From a marine group bacterium Sva0996 bin134 (GTDB taxonomy: Bacteria > Actinomycetota > Acidimicrobiia > Acidimicrobiales > Bin134): a DNA stretch of 64,000 nt. The position numbers and the translations under genes were made by a program. The stretch is from assembly GCA_002239105.1 (NCBI GenBank), contig MPNQ01000006.1:2595-66594 (forward strand). The letters run 5' to 3'. The notes under the pieces were generated by a model that was given only the letters and a program-made list of their open reading frames with translations, searched no databases and was not told the DNA's origin. Position 1 is the stretch's first letter. Every line of letters starts with the position of its first letter. Shown here one piece after another: positions 42,239 to 51,840 of this stretch.

Positions 42239-43057
42239 ATGAGCGCCAACGAACGGAAGACAGCCCTGGTCACCGGAGCCAGCCGGGGCATCGGAAAGGC
42301 CAGCGCCATCGCCCTGGCCCAAGCCGGGTTCGACGTAGCCGTGTCGGCCCGCACCCTGGTGGACGGAGCAGGCCGCGACATGTACAACCCCGATCTCGCC
42401 ATTCCCGGCGGACTCGACACCACCGTGGCCGCCATCGAAGCCGCGGGCCAGCGGGGGGTGGCATTCACCATGGACTTGTTGGACCGAGAAAGCGTGACGG
42501 CGTGCATCGACGGCGCACTGGATCACTTCGGCCACCTAGATGTACTGGTGAACAACGCCATCTACCAGGGCAAAGTGAGCATGACCCCGATCCTGGAGCT
42601 AGAAGAGCCCGACGTGCATCGGCTTTTTGAGGGAAACGTATTCGCGCAAATGGCGATCACCGAGCGGGTGCTGACCGCCATGGTTGAGCAGGGCTCGGGC
42701 ACCATCGTGAACATGATCTCGGCCTCGGCCTACACCGACCCGCCCGGCCCCATCGGAAAGGGAGGCTGGGGCATGGCCTACGCCATGAGCAAAGGGGCGT
42801 TCACCCGCATGACCCCCCACATCCATGTGGAGCACGGGCCAGAGGGCATCCGCTGCTTCAGCATCGACCCCGGCTATGTGATCACCGAGGCCGCCCGGGC
42901 TCGAAACACCGCCGGGACTTTCCCCTATCCCGGCGGCGAGCCGGCCACCATCGGTGCGGTGGTGGCCTGGCTGGCCACGTCGCCTGACGCCGACGACCAC
43001 CTCGGCGGCATCGTGTACGCCCAAAGCGAGTTCAAAAAGCGAGGCCTGTCGGCGTGA
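42239..43057 (+). CDS. SDR-family oxidoreductase
   Basis: KTALVTGASRGIGKASA; YAMSKGA. I prefer the start at ATG 42239. Confidence 0.8.
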   Translation: MSANERKTALVTGASRGIGKASAIALAQAGFDVAVSARTLVDGAGRDMYNPDLAIPGGLDTTVAAIEAAGQRGVAFTMDLLDRESVTACIDGALDHFGHLDVLVNNAIYQGKVSMTPILELEEPDVHRLFEGNVFAQMAITERVLTAMVEQGSGTIVNMISASAYTDPPGPIGKGGWGMAYAMSKGAFTRMTPHIHVEHGPEGIRCFSIDPGYVITEAARARNTAGTFPYPGGEPATIGAVVAWLATSPDADDHLGGIVYAQSEFKKRGLSA

Positions 43058-44010
43058 GGGCGGTGCGCCACACCCCCGAGGGCATCCGACCGGTAGAGGT
43101 GCCGATTCCTACCACGGTGGCGGTGGGAAACTCCGAAGGGGTGCGGATACGGCCCCGCTCGGTTGGCATCTGCCAGACCGACCTGAACATGGTGGGCTTC
43201 GGACCGAGGGAGATGACCTTCGGCCACGAGTTCGCCGGTGTGCTGGACGACGGAACCCCGGTGGCGATTGAGCCGATGGTGCCCTGCGAGGTGTGCGAGT
43301 TCTGCGCAATGGGCGACTACCACTGGTGCGAGAAATCGCACGAGATGATCGCTGGAGTGGCCTTCGACGGTGGCATGGCCGATGAGATCCTGCTGCCGGA
43401 GCGATGCCTGGTGCGTCTTCCTCACGGCCTGGATGTGGCCAACGCCTGCTTGTGCGAGCCGCTGGCGGTGAACATCCACAGCCTGATGCTGGGGCGGTTG
43501 GAGAGCCGCCACCGGGTGGCCGTCGTGGGCCCCGGCATCACCGGATTCGGCTTGCTGGGCGGGGCCGCGGCCCGCTGGCGGGGCTGTGTGGTGGACGTCG
43601 AGCCCGACCATGATCTTCACGCGGCGGCGGCCGAGCAGATGGGCCTTGGCGTAGGCCTGTCAGGCACCTATGACGTGGTAATCGAGGGCGACGGCTCAGA
43701 GCGCTCCATCACCCGCTCGGCCGAGGTGGCTCGTCCCGGCGGGACGGTGCTGCTGGTGGCCGGCTACTACCAGAACAAGCTGTTCGAGGTGCTGCCCTGG
43801 GTGCTTAAGGAGCTGACCGCGGTTTGGGGAACGTTCTACGGCCACCACGGTGCCGGTCGGGCATTCGACTCCGCGGCGGCGCTGCTGGCCCACCGCCCCG
43901 AGATAGCCGATGCCATGATCACCCAGCGCTTCCCCCTCGACGGCGCCGGAGAGGCATTCGCGTTGGCCGCCAGCGACACCCCCACGCTAAAGGTCGTCGT
44001 CGAGCCCTAG
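43054..44010 (+). CDS. Zinc-type medium-chain alcohol dehydrogenase/reductase
   Basis: GICQTDL, the GHEFAGV zinc-ligand region, and the second-zinc Cys cluster CEVCEFCAMGDYHWC. Overlaps the upstream stop. Confidence 0.8.
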   Translation: MRAVRHTPEGIRPVEVPIPTTVAVGNSEGVRIRPRSVGICQTDLNMVGFGPREMTFGHEFAGVLDDGTPVAIEPMVPCEVCEFCAMGDYHWCEKSHEMIAGVAFDGGMADEILLPERCLVRLPHGLDVANACLCEPLAVNIHSLMLGRLESRHRVAVVGPGITGFGLLGGAAARWRGCVVDVEPDHDLHAAAAEQMGLGVGLSGTYDVVIEGDGSERSITRSAEVARPGGTVLLVAGYYQNKLFEVLPWVLKELTAVWGTFYGHHGAGRAFDSAAALLAHRPEIADAMITQRFPLDGAGEAFALAASDTPTLKVVVEP

Positions 44011-44016
44011 TTCAGA

Positions 44017-44763
44017 TCAGACCAAGAACGTCTCTCGTAGGCGCTCGATGGTTTGAGGTTTGACGCCATATTCTAGGGCGTAGCCCTCGGGGCCGCCCCA
44101 ACGAACATCAACGATGTCCAACAGCTCGGACATGGCGCTAATGGGGGCCGTGGTGATGTCGTCGGGCAGCTTTTCCCAAACTTTGGCCATGTCGGGCAGC
44201 TCGGCAAGCCCCCGTTCCCGGATAAGGGGAGCCGCAGGAGCAGTGGCCGCATAGTCCCCCACGATGTCCTGGCGGTCTACTCCGACCAATCCCAAAGTCA
44301 GCGCGGCCAGACAGCCAGTGCGGTCCTTTCCGGCCATGCAGAAAAAGGCGGTCGGCCACCGATCGGGATCGGCCACCAGCTCGATGGCGGCGGCAAACCG
44401 CTCTCCCCCGCTGCTGATCATGTTCTCGTAGAGCTGTCCGAAGGAGCGGCTCAGCAGATCGGGATCGGGGCGCTCATAAGTGTGCATGGTCCGATCTGTC
44501 GTGCCGATGTGGTGCTCGACAATGCCCAGTGATGGATCAAGCACTCCAACCCGCTCTCGCTCGTCATTCGCCCGCAAGTCCACGGCGGTGCGGATGCCCA
44601 ATCGACCAGTGACAACTGCGCCATCAGCCGGGCTGAGACGGTGCATCGAGTCAGCCCTAAACAGCACGCCCCATTTGGTAGTGCCGCCCAATGTGCTGGC
44701 ATAACCGCCCAAGTCCCGGAAGTTCACGCACCCGTCCAGCGGAATGCGTCGCTGATGGTTCAT
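44017..44763 (-). CDS. Protein-tyrosine phosphatase (CX5R, Y_phosphatase3-like)
   Basis: FFCMAGKDRTG active-site loop; NFRDLGG N-terminal motif. Confidence 0.8.
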   Translation of the reverse strand: MNHQRRIPLDGCVNFRDLGGYASTLGGTTKWGVLFRADSMHRLSPADGAVVTGRLGIRTAVDLRANDERERVGVLDPSLGIVEHHIGTTDRTMHTYERPDPDLLSRSFGQLYENMISSGGERFAAAIELVADPDRWPTAFFCMAGKDRTGCLAALTLGLVGVDRQDIVGDYAATAPAAPLIRERGLAELPDMAKVWEKLPDDITTAPISAMSELLDIVDVRWGGPEGYALEYGVKPQTIERLRETFLV

Positions 44764-44822
44764 TGCCTCTGTTCCCGTCTTCTCTCCGGCCCTGCAATCT
44801 AGAACACCACTAGCGTGGGATC

Positions 44823-45161
44823 GTGGTCGGGAAGATCCATGTGCTGGACGAGTTGACAGTAGAACCGGGACTGCTAGACCAAGTGCGGCAGCTCATGGCG
44901 CAGGGCTACATGGCCGGTGCTTCTGATCGGGGGATGACGCTGGAGCAGACGTGGCTGACCCCGCCGGTGGAGCTGTTCGACCAGCCCAACACGCTGGTGT
45001 ACCTGTGGTCGGTGCCCGATGCCGCTGCCTGGTGGGCCATGCGGGGTGCTGCCGGAAGGGATCCCAGTGTCAGCGAATTCTGGACCGAGATGGATGCCCT
45101 ATGCGTGCATCGGAAGAGGCGATTCCTCGTGACCGATCCGCTTGTTGAGGAGGGGCGATGA
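44823..45161 (+). CDS. Small alpha/beta-barrel (NIPSNAP/Dabb-like) protein
   Basis: 112-aa ORF with protein-like composition; overlaps the next gene's start (ATGA). Confidence 0.5.
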   Translation: MVGKIHVLDELTVEPGLLDQVRQLMAQGYMAGASDRGMTLEQTWLTPPVELFDQPNTLVYLWSVPDAAAWWAMRGAAGRDPSVSEFWTEMDALCVHRKRRFLVTDPLVEEGR

Positions 45162-45739
45162 GCCGGGAGCTGGCGCTGGTAACCCTGGTTGATGGGGCGG
45201 ACCCCGACCAGGTGACTGAGTTGGAAGAGTCGGTAGTGCTGGGCCGACATCTGCCGGGCACGGTGGGAGGCGGCCACTACACCTGGGACGGGATCGACGA
45301 TCCGGTGCCTCCCGGTTTCGAGGACGTGGCCCATTTCGACCTGGTGGAACTGGAGCTCATCGACGGCTCTCTGGGCGACCCCGGATTCACCGGGAAGATC
45401 AAGCGCACCCTCCTGCTTCAGGTCCAGACCGATGCACACGCCGACTCAGTGGCCGCCTTCGAGCGAGACCTCATGGCCATGCCCGACCACATCCCGGCCA
45501 TCGTGAACTGGGCTCTCAGCCGGGTCATCGGCCCGGCCACCACTCGGTGGACCCACTGCTGGGAGCAGGAGTACTACACCCTCGACGGGCTCAAAGTGGA
45601 CTACATGATGAGCCCCCACCATTGGGGGTTGATCGACGGCTGGTTCGATCCCGAGATGCCCCAGCAGATTGTGGACCTCGATCTGGCCCACGTCTACCAC
45701 GACACCGACCGCTCCGCTCTGGCCGCCGCCCTCGACTAG
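45158..45739 (+). CDS. Dabb-like (stress-responsive alpha/beta-barrel) two-domain protein
   Basis: Duplicated about-90-aa halves (HFDLVEL..., HCWEQEY...). The assignment is tentative. Confidence 0.5.
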   Translation: MSRELALVTLVDGADPDQVTELEESVVLGRHLPGTVGGGHYTWDGIDDPVPPGFEDVAHFDLVELELIDGSLGDPGFTGKIKRTLLLQVQTDAHADSVAAFERDLMAMPDHIPAIVNWALSRVIGPATTRWTHCWEQEYYTLDGLKVDYMMSPHHWGLIDGWFDPEMPQQIVDLDLAHVYHDTDRSALAAALD

Positions 45740-46518
45740 GGATGCTGGGAGCTGACTGAGACGATCTCGCCGGTCATGTAGGTGGAGTAGTCGCTGGCCA
45801 GAAACACCATCACGTTGGCCACTTCCCACGGTTCTGCGGCCCGGTCGAAGGCCTCCAACGAGATCAGGTCGTCGAGGAATTCTTGGCTGGAAACCTTGGC
45901 CAAAAACGGGTGCATGGCCAGGCTGGGGGCCACGCAGTTGACCCGCACACCGGTCTCGGCCGCCTCCATGGCCGCGCAGCGGGTCAGGGCCATCACCCCC
46001 GCTTTGGCCGCGGCGTAATGGCTCTGGCCCGCCTGGGCCCGCCATCCCATGACCGAGGCGTTGTTGACGATGACCCCCGAACCCCGCGGCATCATGTGGC
46101 GCAACGCGGCCCGGGTAGTTCGCATGGTGCCGTTGAGGGTGACGTCGACCACAACATTCCACTGGTCGTCGGTCATGTCCACCAGGTTGGCAGTGCCACC
46201 CAAACCGGCGTTGTTGATCATCACGTCAACGTGGCCCAGCTCGGCTACCGCGGCATCGATCAGGGCCTGGACCTCTTCCTCGACCGTGACATTGCACAAT
46301 TGCGTGGCGGGGCGAGAACCGAACTCCTCGGCCAAGCGGTTGGCGGCCTCGTCCAGCCGGTGCCCGTGAATATCGCTGATCAGAACCTGGGCGCCCTCGG
46401 CAATGCACCGGCGAGCGGCAGCGAAGCCGAGTCCAGTGCCCGCCGCGGCGGTCACCACCACGGTCTTGCCCTCCAGCAGCCCCCGGCCCGGCGGCTCGGG
46501 GGGCACATCCCGGCTCAC
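45736..46518 (-). CDS. SDR-family oxidoreductase
   Basis: GKTVVVTAAAGTGLGFA; YAAAKAG. GTG 46518 overlaps the upstream stop (GTGA). Confidence 0.8.
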   Translation of the reverse strand: MSRDVPPEPPGRGLLEGKTVVVTAAAGTGLGFAAARRCIAEGAQVLISDIHGHRLDEAANRLAEEFGSRPATQLCNVTVEEEVQALIDAAVAELGHVDVMINNAGLGGTANLVDMTDDQWNVVVDVTLNGTMRTTRAALRHMMPRGSGVIVNNASVMGWRAQAGQSHYAAAKAGVMALTRCAAMEAAETGVRVNCVAPSLAMHPFLAKVSSQEFLDDLISLEAFDRAAEPWEVANVMVFLASDYSTYMTGEIVSVSSQHP

Positions 46519-47408
46519 GGCGATACCGGAACCGGCGGCAAGTCCTTCATGGCCTCGGCCAGATCGGCAATGGTCCACTCCCGCTCATCGTCGAGGAAGT
46601 CCTGGCGCAGCCACGGGGTGTACCAGCGGACGTCGCCCCCTTTGGCCATGAACACTCGCCTGGTCACGTCGCAGTCGGCCGTGGCCAGCCAGCCCACCAC
46701 CGGAGCGGGATGGAAGGGATGGAATACGTCAAAGCCCTCGGCGGGCTTGGCCACCATCTCGGCCACTCCGGGCGCCCCCTCGGTCATGCGGGTGCGGCCG
46801 GCGGGAGTGACGCAGTTCACCCGCACGCCGTAGCGCCCTAGTTCTTGGGCGATGATCACCGTCATCCCGGCAATGGCCGACTTGGCCGCCCCGTAGTTGG
46901 ACTGCCCCACCTGGCCGATCAGCCCTGAGGTGGAGCTGATATTGATCACCGAGGCATTGACTGCCTCTCCAGCCTTGGACTGGTCGCGCCACCAGCCCGC
47001 GCACACCCGGGTCATGCAGAACGTGGTCTTGAGGTGGCCGCGGATCACCGAGTCCCAATCGTCCTCGCTCATGGAGGCGAACATCTTGTCTCGCAGGATG
47101 CCGGCATTGTTTACCAGCACATCCACTCCCCCGAATGCATCCAGCGACTGGGCCAGCAGCGACTCGGCTCCGGCCATCTCGGCCACGTCGTCACTGTTGG
47201 CCACAGCGGTTCCGCCGGCAGCGGCGATCTCGTCTACCACCGCCTGGGCCACAGCCGGGTCGGCACCAGTGCCGTCGGCTTCGCAGCCCAAGTCGTTGAC
47301 CACCACCTTGGCTCCTTCGGCGGCAAACAGCAGGGCGTAGTGGCGGCCAATCCCCCGGCCGGCGCCGGTGATGACGGCAATCCGCCCCTCGAGGGCGCCG
47401 CTGGGCAT
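46515..47408 (-). CDS. SDR-family oxidoreductase (about 300 aa, extended type)
   Basis: GRIAVITGAGRGIGRHYA; YGAAKSA. The ATG at 47408 shares one nt with the upstream stop. Confidence 0.8.
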   Translation of the reverse strand: MPSGALEGRIAVITGAGRGIGRHYALLFAAEGAKVVVNDLGCEADGTGADPAVAQAVVDEIAAAGGTAVANSDDVAEMAGAESLLAQSLDAFGGVDVLVNNAGILRDKMFASMSEDDWDSVIRGHLKTTFCMTRVCAGWWRDQSKAGEAVNASVINISSTSGLIGQVGQSNYGAAKSAIAGMTVIIAQELGRYGVRVNCVTPAGRTRMTEGAPGVAEMVAKPAEGFDVFHPFHPAPVVGWLATADCDVTRRVFMAKGGDVRWYTPWLRQDFLDDEREWTIADLAEAMKDLPPVPVSP

Positions 47409-48310
47409 CAGCTGCCCTGAGCCGCCTGGCGCTGAGCTGCCTGCGCTTCCAGCATGGCCATGGTGGGGTGTTCCTCGGTGCCGACGGTGCGGGGCAGCGC
47501 CTCTTCGATGCCCTCCGGTGTCCAACTGCTGCCGGGGGCGTACATGGAGCGAAGCTCGCCGAACTGAGCCCACACTGAAATTCGGGGACCAACCACGGTG
47601 TACACCTGAGCGGTGATATCCCGAGCCTGGTCACTGAGCAGGTACGCGGCCAAAGGCGCCACGTCCTCGGGCTCGCCGGCCTCGATCTCGAACGGAACGT
47701 TCTCCGACATGCGGGTCTTGGCGCTGGGGGCGATGCAGTTGGCATTGATGCCGTAGCGTTTCAGGGCCAGCGCGGCGCTCTTGGTGAGCGAGATGATTCC
47801 CCCCTTGGCCGCCGAGTAGTTGCACTGGGAGGTCGATCCGGTGAACGCCCCCGAGGTGATGCCAACCAGCGACCCCCCGGATTCCTGCTTGCGCATGATG
47901 GCCGAGGCGTGCTTGTACACGGTGAAGTGGCCCTTTAGATGAACCCTGACCACATCGTCGAATTCTTCTTCGGTCATATTGAAGATCATCCGCTCCCGCA
48001 GGATGCCGGCCACGCACACCGCGCCGTCGATCGAGCCCCAGGTGTCCACCGCGGCCTGCACGGCGGCCGAGCCGCCCTCCATAGTGCTTATATCGGAGGC
48101 TAGGGCCAGAGCAGTGCCACCGGCCGCCTCGATCTCGGCCACCACCGCGTCAGCCACCTCCGACGACGGATCGGCGCCCGCCAGCGACACGCCGTAGTCG
48201 GCCACCACCACGTTGGCACCGGCGGCGGCGCAGCCCATGGCGATGGCTCGACCGATGCCGTTGCCCGCGCCGGTGACGACGATGTTCTTGCCTTCCAAAT
48301 ATCCAGTCAC
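47408..48310 (-). CDS. SDR-family oxidoreductase (about 300 aa, extended type)
   Basis: GKNIVVTGAGNGIGRAIA; YSAAKGG. Confidence 0.85.
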   Translation of the reverse strand: MTGYLEGKNIVVTGAGNGIGRAIAMGCAAAGANVVVADYGVSLAGADPSSEVADAVVAEIEAAGGTALALASDISTMEGGSAAVQAAVDTWGSIDGAVCVAGILRERMIFNMTEEEFDDVVRVHLKGHFTVYKHASAIMRKQESGGSLVGITSGAFTGSTSQCNYSAAKGGIISLTKSAALALKRYGINANCIAPSAKTRMSENVPFEIEAGEPEDVAPLAAYLLSDQARDITAQVYTVVGPRISVWAQFGELRSMYAPGSSWTPEGIEEALPRTVGTEEHPTMAMLEAQAAQRQAAQGS

Positions 48311-48321
48311 GGGCGAAAACC

Positions 48322-49062
48322 CTACCCGTCGCTTGGAGCCAGTAGTTGGTCGAAGAGCTGGGCCAATCCCTCGGGGGGGATTCGGCCACTTCCTCTGAGA
48401 GCCAACGTCCCGTCCCCGAACACGAAAGCCCAGAACGGGGTGCCCGCCTGACCAAAGGCCACGGCCACCTCATTGTCGGCGCTGTCCACCAGAACAGGGA
48501 ATGGCCAACCCTCGTCGGCCAACCATTGGCTGGGCGGATAATTGTCCCTACCGGAGTCCACCAAGGTGACCACGCTTAGAAGGTCAACCCCTTCAGGCAA
48601 GCTGTTGCCCTCGGCCAGCCAGTTGGTGAGCTCGACAACCTCAGCCTGGCAAGCCGGACACCAGTGAGCCAGGAACACGATGGCGGCCGGCCGCTCTCCT
48701 GGTGTCCATTCCAACGGCGAGCCATCTATGGCAGTGCCATTGAGGGCGGGCACCGGTTGGCCGAATGCTGGATCGGCATCAGGTGAAGCCCCAATCGGTC
48801 CAAGCGGTTGTCCGACGACCTGCACCGGGGCAACCTCGACCACGGTGGGAACCTGGGTAGCTGTGGGTGTTTCGGCAGGTGTGGGCTGCTCAGTGGCCGC
48901 AGGGGTCTCCGATGGCGCGGGCTGCTCAGTGGCTGGGGGCGAAGCGACCGAGGTCGGATCCGGGGCCGTATCGTCGTCGCCTCCACAGGCAGCTGCCAAC
49001 AGCAGGACAGTGGCAGTCAGCGCTACAAATCGGCGAACGGGGCGCTTTGAATTCATAACCAC
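48322..49062 (-). CDS. TlpA/ResA-like thioredoxin-fold lipoprotein
   Basis: Lipobox LLLAAAC; Pro/Thr/Glu-rich linker; WCPAC redox motif. Confidence 0.8.
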   Translation of the reverse strand: MVMNSKRPVRRFVALTATVLLLAAACGGDDDTAPDPTSVASPPATEQPAPSETPAATEQPTPAETPTATQVPTVVEVAPVQVVGQPLGPIGASPDADPAFGQPVPALNGTAIDGSPLEWTPGERPAAIVFLAHWCPACQAEVVELTNWLAEGNSLPEGVDLLSVVTLVDSGRDNYPPSQWLADEGWPFPVLVDSADNEVAVAFGQAGTPFWAFVFGDGTLALRGSGRIPPEGLAQLFDQLLAPSDG

Positions 49063-49076
49063 AGGCTACGGGCTGG

Positions 49077-49877
49077 CTAGAGCGGCATCACCACGCCGCC
49101 GTTGGGCCGCATGGTCTGGCCGGTAACGAACCGCCCGGCCTCAGAGCACAGGTACAAGATGGCGTAGGCGATGTCGTTGGGGTTCCCCACATAGCCCAGC
49201 GGGTTCATCTGGGCGATGGTGTCGAAGTGGTTCCTCTGACGCTCGGGGTCGACTTTGCCGTCGTCGTTGAGAAAATGGCGGTCATAGATGGGCGTCTCGA
49301 TAGAACCAGGAGCCACCGCATTCACCCGGATGGGGGCCATCTCCACTGCGGCGGTGCGGGTAATCATCTTCACCGCGGCCTTCGTTAGGGCATACACCGA
49401 GATCATGGGTGCGGGCATGTCGGCACCGGCTGACGACAGGTTGACGATGGACCCCGACTTCTGGTCGGCCATGGCTCGCCCGGCCGCTGCGGTGCCCCAA
49501 TAGACGCCTTTGATGTTCACGTTCATCACCCGCTCAAGCTGTTCTGGCGTGGTGTCCACGATGAGGCTGTCGGTGATGATCCCGGCGTTGTTCACCATGA
49601 TGTCGAGTCGACCGTGCCGGTTCGCCGCATCGGCCACCAGCGCGTCCACCGCCGCCTTGTCGCTCACATCAGTGGGAACCGCCGACCAGGAGGCCCCCAG
49701 CGCATCCAGCTCGCCGCCGGTCTCGCCCATCCCGTCGGCGTCCACGTCGCCCAACACCACCGAGGCTCCGGCCTTGGCCAGCGTCACCGCCGTCCCCCGG
49801 CCAATACCCGAGGCCGCCCCGGTGACCACTGCCACCCGGTCGGAAATATCAAACGCCGCCAAGATGTCGTCATGCAT
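49077..49877 (-). CDS. SDR-family oxidoreductase
   Basis: DRVAVVTGAASGIGRG; YALTKAA. I prefer the start at ATG 49877 (MHDDILAAF). Confidence 0.8.
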   Translation of the reverse strand: MHDDILAAFDISDRVAVVTGAASGIGRGTAVTLAKAGASVVLGDVDADGMGETGGELDALGASWSAVPTDVSDKAAVDALVADAANRHGRLDIMVNNAGIITDSLIVDTTPEQLERVMNVNIKGVYWGTAAAGRAMADQKSGSIVNLSSAGADMPAPMISVYALTKAAVKMITRTAAVEMAPIRVNAVAPGSIETPIYDRHFLNDDGKVDPERQRNHFDTIAQMNPLGYVGNPNDIAYAILYLCSEAGRFVTGQTMRPNGGVVMPL

Positions 49878-49936
49878 AGCCCCATCATGGCAACTGCACA
49901 GCCCCCAAGCCCCACCGGGCCAATCCAATGCTGATT

Positions 49937-51421
49937 TCAGCCAGCCTTTGAGGCCTCCACTCCCACCGAATTCGACCCTAGCTCGCTGTTTCTAGGACGA
50001 GTATCGATGCCCAAAGCAAGCACCATTACGATGGCACCCGCGACCGCAGCAACTCCGAACAGCCAGGGCTGTTGGTTTGCTAATCGAAGACCTGTTCTTT
50101 CCCACAACATCAAGGTCGCAATCGAGACAAAAGCGCTACCCAATACAACGAAAGTCTGGTGATATGCTAACCCCAGTCCGAGGTTTTGCGGTGCGAACGA
50201 CCGAACAACGGCCCCTGCCACCGAGACCTCGCCGATCGTTGCTCCTACAGCAAATACGATCAAGGCGCCGAACCATGCTAAGGGGTTCAAAGCAACATAA
50301 TCTTCGATCCAACCTGATGTCGACCACTCGCTCCCAATTTGACCAAGCCATAAAGACGAAGCCAGAAGGCACGCACCTGCGACAATAATATACTGTTTAG
50401 GGCCTCGCCTGTCCGCTAACCGTCCAACCCAAAGTGGCAGTAGTAACAACCCAGCAATAGCACCGACCATAAGACTGGAAATATGCTCAGCTTGAACCAT
50501 TATACTGCCGACATCAACAATAAAACTAGACAACCCATACGACAGTAGAGCAGTTCCTAGAGTGAAAGCAACGGCAGCACAGTTCGCAAACAATACATTT
50601 CGATTCATGGCCTCTTTGACTGTCAACATCGAAAAATTTCCACGGACAGAATGATAAACTAGTAGGAGAGTTAGTAGCGGACCCATGGCTAAGAAAGCTA
50701 CAACTCTCCAATCAACCCAACCCCATACTTGTGTCCGTGTAACTACAAACAAGAATGAACCTACCGCACCTGCTGCCAAGATCATGCCGGTAACATCCAG
50801 ATGCCTTTTAGAGCACTCGTCACGGAACTCCACCAACTTTGTGCCCACTACGAACAGTGTTGCTATTCCAATGACGAGATACACGGTAAGCGCCCAAGCC
50901 CAGTCCGAGGAGGAGCCCAAACTCCATTCAAACGGATCAAGTGGAAACTTGAGTAGTTCAACAATAAGAACAATCACTCCGACCATGCAATAGTATCCCC
51001 CCAATGCGGTTGATCTTCGACGGGAAGGTACCACCGCTAGCAATATTGCTATACCCGCAGGGAGAACTGCCGCGTTACCAGTTCCGTGCAACGCTCTGCC
51101 CAGAATATAAATCGCTCCATTAGGTGCCATCACCTCAAGAGAAACCCCACTTGTAATGAGAGCGATTCCAGCCATGAACACCTGTTTTCGCCCATAACAA
51201 TCAGCTAATCGGCCAGCAGGCATCAAAAGAGCTCCTGACGTTACAAAATAAGCGGTGCTGCTCCATCGAAATACTTCGATCCGATCATCTTGGAGATATT
51301 CGACCACGAAGCTGAAATAGTTGAACGAGGCGTAGAGGACGGACAACACGACCGAACCTGAAATCAACAGGATTACTCGGAGTGGCGGGGACGCCGAAGG
51401 CGGAATAGACGGATTGTCCAT
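49937..51421 (-). CDS. MFS transporter (DHA-type drug/H+ antiporter-like), compositionally foreign
   Basis: MFS motif A is GRLADCYGRKQVF, with about 12-14 hydrophobic spans. ATG 51421 (MDNPSIPPS) lies 2 nt after the DUF35 stop. The track's 667-aa ORF is an in-frame read-through into the upstream gene region. Confidence 0.8.
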   Translation of the reverse strand: MDNPSIPPSASPPLRVILLISGSVVLSVLYASFNYFSFVVEYLQDDRIEVFRWSSTAYFVTSGALLMPAGRLADCYGRKQVFMAGIALITSGVSLEVMAPNGAIYILGRALHGTGNAAVLPAGIAILLAVVPSRRRSTALGGYYCMVGVIVLIVELLKFPLDPFEWSLGSSSDWAWALTVYLVIGIATLFVVGTKLVEFRDECSKRHLDVTGMILAAGAVGSFLFVVTRTQVWGWVDWRVVAFLAMGPLLTLLLVYHSVRGNFSMLTVKEAMNRNVLFANCAAVAFTLGTALLSYGLSSFIVDVGSIMVQAEHISSLMVGAIAGLLLLPLWVGRLADRRGPKQYIIVAGACLLASSLWLGQIGSEWSTSGWIEDYVALNPLAWFGALIVFAVGATIGEVSVAGAVVRSFAPQNLGLGLAYHQTFVVLGSAFVSIATLMLWERTGLRLANQQPWLFGVAAVAGAIVMVLALGIDTRPRNSELGSNSVGVEASKAG

Positions 51422-51423
51422 TG

Positions 51424-51840
51424 TCAGGCGGGTTCCCAGAAGACCATGGCGTGGGTGTCGTCGTAGGTGCGGGCGTAGGCGGAGACGGGCATGCCGATCT
51501 CGACGGTTTCGGGGTCGACGCCGGTGAGGCCGCCGAACATCCTCACTCCCTCGGGGAGGTCGATCATGGCCAGAACGTAGGGCAACTCGGCGAAGGCCGG
51601 TACCCCATATTGGCGCACCACGGTGTAGGTGTAGACGTTGCCGGTGCCGGCGGCCTCCATCCACTCGGGCACAGCGGCGCAGGCGGTGCACAGCGCTCGG
51701 GGGTAATGCTGGCGGTGGCCGCATTCGGGGCACTGCTGGATGAGCAGACGGCCTTCGGCGGCAGCGGCAAAGAACTCGCCGTACTCCCCTTCGCCGGCGG
51801 GGACCGGCCCCTGCCACTGGAGGTCGCGGACAACCCTCAT
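51424..51840 (-). CDS. DUF35 Zn-ribbon/OB-fold protein (thiolase partner)
   Basis: CPECGHRQHYPRALCTAC zinc ribbon followed by an OB-fold segment. Overlaps the upstream thiolase-like gene stop. Confidence 0.8.
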   Translation of the reverse strand: MRVVRDLQWQGPVPAGEGEYGEFFAAAAEGRLLIQQCPECGHRQHYPRALCTACAAVPEWMEAAGTGNVYTYTVVRQYGVPAFAELPYVLAMIDLPEGVRMFGGLTGVDPETVEIGMPVSAYARTYDDTHAMVFWEPA

